Below are positions 25,225 to 37,751 of a stretch of 64,000 nt of DNA, piece by piece (positions within the stretch are counted from its first letter, which is position 1; the number at the start of each line of letters is the position of its first letter). Origin of the DNA: Lingula anatina (taxonomy: Eukaryota; Animalia; Brachiopoda); NCBI GenBank assembly GCA_051362555.1, contig CM120644.1, forward strand, positions 24,512,534 to 24,576,533. The letters run 5' to 3'. The notes under the pieces were generated by a model, which was not told where the DNA came from, searched no databases, and saw only the letters and a program-made list of their open reading frames with translations. The translations under genes and the position numbers were made by a program.

Positions 25225-27318
25225 CAGAAATGTGGGAGTTCTGACCGCTTTTTTTTTTTTTCGCCCCAGGCAACGAAGAAGGTTTTAGTTTAAGACATCT
25301 CAGAAAATTTTGAGTATACACAGTCATTTAGGCGGGAAAGGATTTTTTTATAATTTTAACTCATTCCGGGTTGCTTAAAATTATTTTAACTGCCCTTTTC
25401 GGTCTGCGCTCTTGCAGTAGTCTGTACTAGTAGTTTTTGTTTACAATATTAACATAACTGTTGTAGAATCGGCGAAAAAAACCTTTACTCTAGAACATAA
25501 ACAGACAAATGTTAGTCTCAGAACTAAATGCAGCAACTGTTTGTTGTCTAATATATAGAAACTATTTGTCGTCTTACATTCATGTAGTAACTGTTTGTCA
25601 GCTACCTAGTTGTATGGGACGCTCTTCCATGACCACAGATTGGTTTTTCAATACAAATTCACAGATATCTCTATCTCATTACGTGTTATCTGCAAGTTTC
25701 TGGTTCAGCTACGATTGTTGCACGGAAGTGACGTCATCAGTCATGTGACTTCTGGTAAAGTGCAGTTATACTCACAATTAATCCTTCTGGTTAATTTTTT
25801 TTAATTCTCTTCTTTTTTTAACCCTTCTGGTTAAAGGGATAATAACTCTTCGTTTTGGTCAAAAAATGAAGTTTCCTGTAGTAAACAACAATTTTCCCAT
25901 ACTTACCAATGGTTAATGAATCCATTTTTACATTCAAAGTTAGTCCCTGTTTTTTTTTCTAAAAAGTTTTTTTTTTTTGTTAAAATCTCTTAAGATTTTA
26001 TAACAGAGTATAGACATCAATGGAGGTCACGTTGTCTAAAGACAAGCTCAGATATCAGAATAATAGCTATAGCTGCCGTTTTTTTTTTTGGCACAACTGA
26101 ATATATTATATTTCTATGAGTTGTTCACAATATTTTATTGTGAAATATAGATCTCATTACGAAGAGTTATTATCCCTTTAATATATATATATTTATATAA
26201 TTTATTACATTTTATAGGACGTCAATCATGAAACGAAATGAAATGGGTGTGATATTATTTTAATAAGGACTTAAAACCAATCCCATGTAAAGTCTACCAC
26301 ACTTGATGTTTTATTTATATTTAGACACGTAATAAAGTACACATTTTTGTTGAAATGCAAAGAAGGGTGTACTACTCAGTGAATTCTTACTTTTTTTTTT
26401 AAATATTGATCTAGCATTTTTTTATTTATGATAAACACTTTACACACAAGTTTTAAGCAGTGGGTGAAAAATCAACATCTTTTTACCTTTCAAGATGGAA
26501 ATTAACATTGTTGTTACTTGGAAGATTTTCCCAAAGCGATTGTTACAACGCCTCCTTAATACTGGTGTTAAAATGATGCATTCATGTTTTACCTTTGATT
26601 TTAACGATAAAAAATAACCTTATGTTAATGACTTTATTATTTAAATATTAGGAGAGGAAGCAGCTACATACTTCCATAATAATATCCAATACATTATTCC
26701 ACTTTTGTAAACCCCCTTTATATAACTTCTATTACTTTTTTACTTCTCTACACATAACCAATATATTATTTTTATATTCAATACACAAATCCACTCTGTT
26801 ACATCTAATTTACCTTATACATACCTTCTTGCAAATAATTTGAGAAAGATAGGAAATTTAATTTTTCATTTAATATAAAATGAGATATAGGAAGTCATTA
26901 TTAAGAATTAGAAGGTTCCGGTTTCCTACTAGTGAAGTAAAGTAAATCTAATAAAGATCCCATTAAAGTGGTTTCAGAGAACAAGGGCCTCTACACCGGA
27001 TAATGAAGTCAACCAAAAACGTGATATCTGCACAGACAAGAAGGCTGCATTACCCCGGGTAGAGCCTTGATCTATGTAACCAGATAAATCGTGGTCCATA
27101 TGTGTAATTTTAGTGACAAATACATGCACCCTGAATTGGAGAAGAAATTTGGTTGTTCCCATTGATTTTTTTAAAACCTGCTGTATTCCAAACAACATAT
27201 TTCATTGCACATTAATCTTTGAGAACCATCCATCCTGTAACTCCGGGTACAAAATAAAATACACATCTCACAACATCACGGGAATAACAAGATTGTTCAT
27301 TAGTCCATGGCCGTCACT

Positions 27319-27618
27319 CTATGGCGCCATTGGCGGGGTCTTCTTCATACAGCACCTAGCGGCCACTTCGTAGTCAGGACAAGACCGTCCCCAGCCTGGG
27401 ACATTGACAGCGTTATCGTTATTACAGACAAACCCTTTCATGAACGCAGTGCTGGCCGAGCCTCTGGCAAGGCAGGGGATACCGAAGGGGGTGTTGGGGT
27501 TTGGTGGGAGGACCGCGTTGGGGATGGAACGCTCCCAAGAGATCCTGGTGTCCACAGTACGACATTCTAACTCCACGGGCTCGTACATACGGGGATCCAC
27601 GCCGGCCTCGTCGCAAGT
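27319..27618 (-). CDS. Alternative terminal exon B of the TSP1/CysD gene (C-terminal half of CysD/WxxW domain)
   Basis: Strong acceptor TTTTTCTCTCTTCCAG, phase 0. Encodes TCDEAGVDPRMYEPVELECRTVDT...PFGIPCLARG...KGFVCNNDNA...GWGRSCPDYEVAARCCMKKTPPMAP*. Paralogous to 28897-29190. Confidence 0.8.
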   Translation of the reverse strand, partial: TCDEAGVDPRMYEPVELECRTVDTRISWERSIPNAVLPPNPNTPFGIPCLARGSASTAFMKGFVCNNDNAVNVPGWGRSCPDYEVAARCCMKKTPPMAP

Positions 27619-28896
27619 CTGGAAGAGAGAAAAAAAAAGAGTGGCATTACGAGATGAAGTTTTTGTTACCTGGCAACATGTGACGTCATACATGACGTCT
27701 GGAAGAGAAAAAAGTGTGGTTTCATTACCAGGCAACATGTGACATCATATATGACGTCTGGAAAAGAAAAAAAATAACGTGGTATTACGTGACGATGGTT
27801 TTGTTTTGCCACATGTGACGTCATATTTGACGTACTTCTGAGCAGTACATATTTAACCTGTAAGACTATTTAAATGCTCGACACTAATTTCAAAGGTGCG
27901 TCATGACTAATATTGCAGCTGTTTCTTCGCTACTTTATTTTAGTGAATTGTTTTTCTTTACAACAATGACGTCAGGCGGCCTGTTTGATACTCAACTGTA
28001 TTTTAGTAGAAGAAAAAAGAACACAGCTTTTCATTAGAATGGTAGTTACTTTATTCAAGCATGGTTACGATGAATGTTTTTATATAAAACAATATATGAA
28101 TACATTATATATAACTAACATAGGGATTATTAATAAATTAATGTTAAATTCTACAGGATATTTTAAGAGAAAACACATCCATGGTATTACTGTTATTCAT
28201 TAGCAATATAGTTTGACCAGAAATTATATGGTATAAAACATCACTATTGTGATCGTACTAGTAGGGCCTAATAACGTGTTTTTTGCCTGTACTGCCCCGA
28301 GAAATATTCCCTTTTTCAAAAACGCTGTTAAAAACATCATTAATAATCCATTTCAAGAAAAAGAAAGAAAAAACGTCATCTGGTAAACGATCCACATTAT
28401 TTTTCAGTAACATTTTTTTTTCTCTGATATTTCCAAATAATTTTTCTCTCGGTCTTGGTGTATTTCAAGATGGAGACCGAGCTGGCTATAAGTTTCTACA
28501 GAAAGTTGTGACGCACCGGACTCAGTTAGGCCGTGGATATAGCGGATAATCTAATGTTCTATCATGTAATATATGTTGACCGAGATTTTAAAACAAATAG
28601 CGATATCTTCATTCAGCTGTGTTGTCGTGTACACTGGGTTCTATTGGTGAAGCTCAGCTAAATATTCATAGTAAAGATGCCAACCGTCGAACCTCAACAT
28701 GAACATTATAGGTACTGGATTAAGAGGACACGTTACGATAATCAAAGGAGTGCGATATAACTAAGGTTAGTTGAAAACAGCTGCTTAAAATATAATCATA
28801 TAGTTATATCAGAATAAATTTTAAAAAATAAGCTTCGCGCTTTTTCTTCCCGGACAGATCTCACGCTTACGAGATCAGACACGTCACCATGGCGAT

Positions 28897-31800
28897 TTAC
28901 ATCGGCGGCGTTTTGCGCATGCAGCACTTGGCAGCTACTTCGTAGTCTGGGCACCCTTTACCCCAGCCAGGAATCTTCATGGCGTTCTCGTTGTTGCAGA
29001 CAAAGCCTTTTAAAAAGGCGGTGGCCGCGGTTCCTTTGGCGAGACAGGGGATACCGAAGGGACTGTCAGCGCTGTCTCTCCCAGGGTCCCCGGGGATGGA
29101 GTCATACCACGCCGTCTTGGTGTCTACAGTACGACACATGAGCTCCTTGGCGTCGTACAGGCCCGGCTTGTCGCTGACGTTTTCACAGGTCTAGAACGGG
29201 AAGGAATGGGATGTTATATGCTGGCAAGTGCTCAGTGTATGTGTTCAAACCCTAACGAAAAAGTCCTATAGGATCCTATATTGGGCCAATTTCCTATAAA
29301 ATCTTATAGGATCTTATAGGACCCTATAGGACTTTTTCGTAAGGGAATATTTTTTATGATATCTTGATATTACAGTGTAGGGTAAACTGGAAGGAGAAAA
29401 TTATGTTTCGTGATTATATTAGATTTAATCACAAAATTAGAAATTGTTTTTTTTCTCAAGTCTTTGAATATTTTATGAACGCTACAGAACCATATTATTT
29501 CAAAGAATAATCATATTTCCCATAAAACACACCTCAGATAGCAACAAAAAGCAAGTACATGACAAACAATTAGTAGATTATCATTATTTTATGATTTAAA
29601 CACAAACGTAGTTGTCATATAGAAACAGTACTCACCGATAATTGCACATGTATATGATTATATTCCCAAGCCACAGTATGACACAATAAATAACACGTCA
29701 GCAGAACATGAACAATACGTCAGCAGAACATGTGAGATACCTCATCAGAACATGGACAATACGTCAGCAATATAGCCACCAGGATAGAATATGTATTAAA
29801 CAGAAGTGCACAGAACAATGCGTTTGCAGATAAAACATTTAAGACTGATAAATATGTGTCACAAAAGTGAACAACCCACTGATTAGCATGATAAAATAGC
29901 AAATTGGACAGCCACAATAACCACACAATGCTAGTAAATTGTAACATTTAGACGACAAACGAAGTTGATATCAGTTGATATGCACTGGTATATAAAGAAA
30001 GCAATATTTCATAACGGCATCACAACACGATAAAGCTCCATGGATATGCGTTAAAGGGATCTTCAATGTGCTTACGTCATATCGTTTTATTACAGAGTAT
30101 TAAGTCAAAAGTTTTAACCCACAAAACATGCACAACGTTCACGGTGACAAATTGTGAAACAAATAACTCCAAGCGCAATGTTAAGAACTGAGGCTCGCCA
30201 ACAGTACACAGTGGATACAGATTCTTCTACTCTCCCGTGAAGTAGATTTTTTGTGGTCTCTTACATACATAATAATGTTAGAAAAGTAAATGGTTTCTTA
30301 ACGTGCATTTTCAACTTTGAGGTATGATGTTTAAAGATACGCATTCTAAGACGTGTATTGTTGGCAACCCTCAGTTCTTTTAAACCACGGAATGAAGGTC
30401 AAGGTTGGAACAGACACGTGGTTATTATTTCTTATTTGGCCCTTGATTGGTTAAATACCCAATGTCTGATATAATTATCTAAAAGTGGATGTCAATGGCT
30501 CTGAAACCAAGCTATAAAAGCAGCCAACAAGTTCGTCGCAGTTCATGGGTTTCATGCCTTTTGATAGCACTGAAGGAACGCTTTGAACGGATTGAAAGAA
30601 ACATCTGCATGATGAGATGTGCTTTCCAGAGATACATTCAAATTGTCAATCCAGTCTGATCGAAAGATGTTAATTTTGAACATGTAGTATGCTTGGGTGT
30701 GTAAAATCAATGAAGATAGCACCTGTACGTGTATTAATACATATCATGTTAGTAAAGGCATACAAGATCTTTTATTTATATGCTAAAGATATCTGTTGTA
30801 CTGGAAAGATCAGTTATTTGCCCTCTAAACTGTATACTCTATCCTAGAGCGTTGAAACACTTAAGATTTACTAACTAATTTGGGGTAATTCTGGTTACTT
30901 CAACGGACCAGTAAATTTCATTTTTGGCTGTCAAATTCTTAAAATGCGCGAAGATGGTAATATAGATTGCACTTTTGTCAACAATTTTGGGGGTGGTATA
31001 TCTTGGCAATTGGAAAGTGTGAAATTTTGTAGGAAAATAGAGTTTCTTATTTGAAAAAAAAATAAATATAATTGTATGTCTTTAGAAACATTATTGATCA
31101 GCGTCCCACATCGTAACGTTTAATACCATCGTCAAGACAAACAGCAAGTAAATATGCGGTTACTGACACGGCGCTCTGTATATTGTGTTAGGTGTGACAG
31201 AGAAAGGCACTGAGATTGTGTCGGTTGAGCCGAGTACTTACTCTAGAGATGTCCACTTCCCAGTCACCATCGCCGCTGAGAGGAGAGTCCAAGTTGATGA
31301 AGGGGGAGTCCACACATGGACCTGGGAGGAAATAGATCATTGTGTGAGGAGCGTTACACTTATTGAACAGATAGAGTACGGTACATATTGGCAGTGCCAT
31401 TGCCATATTTAGCAAAGAATTTCATTGGCTGTGCTTTTCAGTCGAACGAACTTACAATGGTAACACTTTCAAACACCTTAACTCAGAGTTGTTTCCACTT
31501 CATTATTTACGTGTCAAAAAATAAATGATACTGGTGTTGTAGCACTCGTCAGGAACATTCAATGATTGTCAGTGAAGTGGTTAAACAGTACTACATAAAT
31601 TGGGACAGTAATGTCGCAAAATTTGATGTACATTACTTGATTTTTTAAGGTGTGCGACACTATGTTAGCACAGTTAGTGTAATTGTCATTGTGTTAGTTG
31701 CTCCAGGATTGTGCTGGTTGTGCTAAAATTGTGCTAGTTGCGCCAAGATTGTGTCAGCTAAGCTCCACTCACATGGCTGAGTGTTACAGGCGTTATCCAC

Positions 31801-34800
31801 TTCCTCCGCGCTGCCTGGACATCCGGGACCTCCTGGAGTGCCGCCATTACACTCCCTGGTCCTGCTTCTGGTGCCAGGACCGTCACAGTTCACAGAACAC
31901 AGCGTCCAGGCGTTCCAGTTGCTCCAACCTGAGGGAGGGTGTAAATAATGTTAGTATTGAATAAACATTGAAGAATTAATAACTAATAAAATATCTGTTC
32001 TCTCTGCTGCCAGCTCTGTCAGCGTCCAACATTGCAGAATTATAACAACATTGTCAGGACAAACAACATACAAAGATAGGCCTTATGTTTACGTACTAGT
32101 ATACATGTCTGCTGATACAGGCATAACATTAATCAACACCGTAAATATTTTAGTATTTCACAACAGCATTTAAAATGACCTACAGGGTACACTTGCACAA
32201 AAAAATTATTTTACAGTAGAAGATCAAGAAGAAGATCAATGTAAAACATCTAAGGTATTATCGCACCTGTCAATATCAGCATGTTGTATCAAGTTTTAGA
32301 TGAAAGCTACAACTCTTTTCTACAATGATACAAAGTGATACTCACGAGCACAAGGCTGGGTATTACAAGGTCTCGTTTCCTGGAGATTCACTCCGATACA
32401 GTTGCCGACGCAGGTCCTCACTCGGTATTGAGTGCCGCCATTACACGGACGCGTGCAAGCGCCGACTACAAACTGTCCTGTCAGCTGGTCATCTGCGCCC
32501 CATGCTCCCCACTGGGTGATTGTTGCTATGGAAAAAAAAATGATGTCAAAGTAAGATATGAATAACTGACATGGGGAAATGAAGGATTCATTTAATTTAC
32601 ACGTATTAAATGACCACACCATATAAGCCTACTTGGAAAGAATTTACAGGTTATGGTAGGAAAATAGACAGACAGAAATTATCCTTGACAAAACAATTCA
32701 GTGTTCACGAACAAGCAATTAAAAAGTAGGGACACTGAGGAAAACTGATCAAGTATTTTGTTAAAGTAAAAAGAATCAAAAACTAAATGTCCAAAATGTA
32801 AAGAAGACTGGGTATCTCATGAAATGGCGTACAAGTACTTAAGATATAGCCAAAGTAAATAAAACAGAACATTTCAAATCCTTTTTTTTCGCATGACAGT
32901 GGCTGACTATAATGCTCAAACCTCCTTCCTAGGCGGAGGCAATTATTACAAAGCCACTTGCAATCATTAATGTTTTAAATACCGTACCACCAAATTTGGC
33001 CAACGTCACGTGAGTCCCAGCGAGATTATCTGATACTTACGAGGACATGGCTGCGTGTTGCAAGGTCTGGTTTCTCTGAGGGTCAGACCAACGCAGTTGC
33101 CTTGGCAACCACGTGTTCTGTACTGGATGCCTCCGTCACAGGGTCGAGAGCAGCTTCCGGGTACGAAGAGACCGTTGGCATCGTCAGCGCCCCACACCGA
33201 CCACTGCTCAAGTATGGCTGGTAGGGAAGAAGAAACGGACGGGTGTAAATTTTATAATCTGCACATATCGACTAAATAAAAATTTGCTAGTTTGATGATT
33301 ATGTTATATTGGTATGGCGTAAGCGGGAGTCGTCGTATTCTAGCTGCGGTTTTATACTGGATGCTGTGCTTCCTGGGAATCCAGGGGGTGAGCTTACTTC
33401 GGTTTGTGTAAATTAAGAGAATTTTTTTGTTGAGAGACCGAGCTTCATCGCATCCGGGGCTCCGTATCTCGAAAGGTTCGCTATGTTGCGCACGTGCGCA
33501 AGCGTCTCGATTCCATAACTCGCCCATACTCGTCCCATATAATACATTGTAGCCTCTATTTGATATAGCGATTCGCAATACGCGATGCTTTCGAGATACG
33601 GGCCCAGGTCTGTATACATTGCGCACTGCCAACATACACATACAGACAGACTGGCGCCCCTTACGTTTTAAAACGCCTCACGAGATGAGTTTATAGAACC
33701 AGTTAGTGCCTGAGTTAAGGTGGTCACAGATATTGAAATCACTGATGGAAGCTACTAGTCAAAAGAAACCGCCGCAGTTGCATACGATGTTAGTTTTTAC
33801 TACTGGAACCAAACCACTTTGTCTAAACAGACCTGGTAACTTACGTGAACACTCTTGGGTATTACAGGGTCTACTCTCTACTAAGCTAACGGAAGAACAT
33901 TCGCCTTCGCACGTGCGCGTTCTATACTGAGTCCCACCGCCGCACGCGCGTGTGCACTCGCCAATGACAAATGTTCCCGTTTGTTCGTCACTGACGCCCC
34001 ATTCCGTCCACTCGCTAATTTTAGCTAAAATAAGATGGCATTATACTACATTATTCTACATCTTTTCTATTGGTACATCTATATCTAAAACTTCCTAATT
34101 GCAAGGCTTTTAACAAAAATTGATAATGGATTTTTAGATTAAATTACATCTAGTAAGAGTTAAAAGAGTTAGCACTGTCTATACTTTATAATCACTATAT
34201 TTGGGAAAAAATAATAAAATTAACTGTAGATAGTTAGAATTGTCTGTACCTTTTAATAACTACACTAATTAAAAAAAATCAATTGAAGAGTTAGCATTCG
34301 TGCGCAAACAAAATATTTGAGTAATTTGCAGTGCCAATACTGCTAGCCGCAACAGACTAAAGCTTGTATGCGCACTTTTTGCAGTTTCCATGCTGCATAA
34401 ACGCATTATTGTAGCTGCTGAAAAACTGGTGAATATGAAGCAACATCATTTTTAGCAGCCTAGGTCCCAAACAACACGCTATGTCATTGACAAAACGCAC
34501 AAGTGACCTTGGACATATGATAACAAAGTTTACATTAAAACACATAATTAATATACAAATATATTAATAACAATGACATGACGCAAACATTATAAAATAA
34601 GCCAACAGAAAAACACAGAATATTGCCGCGGCTTGTGCAAAGTACTCGTACTCTTTCTACTATTGGTCCAATATTAGAACCAGCGCACTAAACTGCCGGC
34701 GGACTTACGTGGACATGGCTGAGTGTTGCACGGCCTTTGCTCACGCAGGTTCACGCCTGCGCAGTCGTTGCCAACGCACGTGCGAAACCTGAACTGTATG

Positions 34801-36964
34801 CCGCCATTACAGGGGCGTGAGCACCTGCCGGGGATGAGCTGTCCGGTCACAGGGTCCTCGATCCCCCACGGTCCCCACTGGCTGATGATCTGCGTTCCTG
34901 AAATGGAGCATTCGCCGCTGAATCAACGCCCAAAGTCAGTCGCCATGATTGGCCCTTTTGTTGGCGGCTAGGGTAAATTCAAAGTACACGCCGTCGCCGC
35001 AGAGGCAGTAATTGTTTTGCGGTTGGTAATATACGCTGCGTATAAACTCAATCGCTTTCTTGTTAGAATAATGGCGCTTTCGAAACGTAGACGTATTACA
35101 AACAATAACACATGTGACAGCTCATGCTTGTTAACAACTGACATTTCTTGAACTTCAAAAGAACACAAAACATTCACAAGGTTAAATTTTTTCATTAAGT
35201 TCACATCGACTTCTCACAAACACAAAAATAAACCCCTTCCAATGTAAATACACGTAGACGTTCTTGCACAATTAAAGCAGCGAGAAAAATCACTTTCTTT
35301 TCTTCTCAAGCTGCAGGTCTCTGCAATCAGCAGTCGAGACCAGGAAGTGCAGAGGCATGCTGGGAAAAATTTTGTAAACATTAACTCGGCCAAATATAAA
35401 TTATTTGACACGGGGTCTTAACTCACTACATGGTCCTAGGTTGCATGGCTGAGTCTGGACACCATCTCCCGGGCAGCTCCCCCCTTGAGGACAATATCTC
35501 TCCCGTGTCTGGACACCAGGCCCACAGCTAGCACTACACGTGCTGAACGCTGACCACTGCCCCCAGCCAGCCACTATACAATCCGGCAAACTGGGACCCT
35601 CACAGGGGTTGGCATCGTAGGGAGAACCGTCAGGGTTCAACAGAGGGTCATCCTGGGAGGATCGTCGGTCTTCGTACCCGGGGATGACGCTGGTGCCCGG
35701 AGCACAGGGGTGTTGTTGAGGGTAGTAGTACCAGATGCCGTTCTCATCGCGGCTGTCAGGGGCGCACTGGTAGAAGACGCACAGGTTGGCGCTGTCCCGG
35801 ATGTAGTGGTTCCAGAACTTACACGTCGTGACTGGAAGAGGAATACACGTGTTCATAGGTTGTACATAATGTGAGATAAAGGAAGACATCAGACAATATT
35901 GTAAGTCATAAGGTGTTTGTCATATTGATACAATACATATTTTATTCATATCTTATTTCTTTATTTTTTACCATGTGATTACTTTTTTTATTCATTTTTA
36001 ACACATGTAACAAAGTCTTCATTAATCCGTTTATATATATTTATTTATTTTTTTATTTATTTTTTGTACAACTGTCCGTGTTTTTGATGGTATAGTTTCT
36101 ATAAATATGATTAGATATTTTAACAATGAGGAACGCGCTGGAATGTCGTGCAGTTTAAAGCTGGTGTGTGGATGGGTGTGATCTGGCACTTGACGGCACG
36201 GGAATCTAATTTTACACGACAGAAAGTGAGAGAATAACAGTTTCTTCCTACTAATGAAACCCTATCCAACCCGTCTTGGTAATAAGATCTGATATTTGGA
36301 ACAAGTTCTAATTAATTAAACTAGTTCTAAACGAATCATGACCTTTTCAGCCACATCACTGTCAAAAGGTACGCTAAAGATAATTTTTACGTGAGTGTTT
36401 TGTCGTTTACAAGCTCTAAACGGAGGATGGAAGACTTTTCGGGATATTTAGACATAAAGATATCACTGAGGTACATTTACAAGCGTGTACAGAATACATT
36501 TAATCTCGGTGTCACCTAGGATTCCATATTCTTGAGTCCTAAGTGACACCAAATTTATGTAAAAAAACCATAAGCACCGTTATCTCAATCCTTGGCGGCG
36601 GTAAACTCCATATTTATCAGCGTTATTAACTATATTATGTAATTCCATCCCACAATGCTCTTTCTGAACCACATACAGCATCAAGGGAAGCCAAGGTTAA
36701 TGCAAAATTTGCGTGCCTCCACTAAAGGTTTCTTATAATCTTGTGGAAGCTCAATTTTAATGGAAATTAAAATCCAGCACATCACATGTTTCACTTACTG
36801 TGTTTATATCTATGGAAATTGCTCGGTCATGGTCAGAATAAATCGTACTGGTACCATAATAAAATATTTAATAGTTAAAATTATTATAAAATCTTTTTAA
36901 AATAATAATTAATAATGATTTTGATCGTTTCAAGATAGTGCGCGGAATTCACTTTGCCTATGCT

Positions 36965-37016
<52 letters not shown>

Positions 37017-37708
37017 GCGGAGGCGCTTGTCGTTGAAGACAACTGATAGCAGACAGGGTGCGCATTGAATGGTGTATTCCTCCGTCTCCCCACCCACGAC
37101 TATTCATTGCGCCACCAGACAACGATAGAGAGCTGCGTGATAACAACAATTTTAACTTCACTAAAACAATTCTCTCATAAAGCGCTATGATGACTAAAAT
37201 AACCGACCGATAATGAAACAAAATTATAGATAAGTGACAGCCATAAGTGCCTTTAAGAGGCAATAAAAACGACGAATTTTCCTAGTTTAGAACAAATGAC
37301 AGAATTCTTCTTATAAAATGGAAAGTGGGTGGGTTAAAAATTAAAGGCGCCATTTATCTTTCAGGGTTGCAAACTGCAAGATTTAATCTATCTGAACCTC
37401 TCGGGAAAAACACAGATGACAGTTCACTTGTCCTAAAATATTCGATATGAATCAATGATTTTTATTTTAAACTGTTTTTGTATTATCTTCTTCAAATAGC
37501 TCTCCTCCCCCCCACCCTCTCTCCCTCCCCCCTTCATTCGCGTGCTGCAATACAATTATTCATGTGAAACGCTTAAGTGCAGATACTGATATTTAAAGAG
37601 CACTTTCTTGAAGTGTTAATATATCAATGGTGCTTTGGTTAAAATGTGATAAGTCCATACCAATAGCCTCTTTATAATCATGGTACTGATTTTCATTTAA
37701 TATTGAAC

Positions 37709-37751
<43 letters not shown>

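Noticed and set aside
27319-29190. Exons A and B as two independent small genes or as consecutive exons
   Set aside because: Neither has a start or signal peptide, both begin at phase-0 acceptors matching exon 31242, and A ends in a stop.
29690-29780. ~22-bp ACGTCAGCAGAACATG minisatellite
   Set aside because: Ordinary short intronic repeat not overlapping a supported splice site.
31640-31766. ~20-bp degenerate repeats next to the donor at 31772
   Set aside because: Adjacent to the junction but not clearly containing exon or donor sequence, so not counted among the junction echoes.
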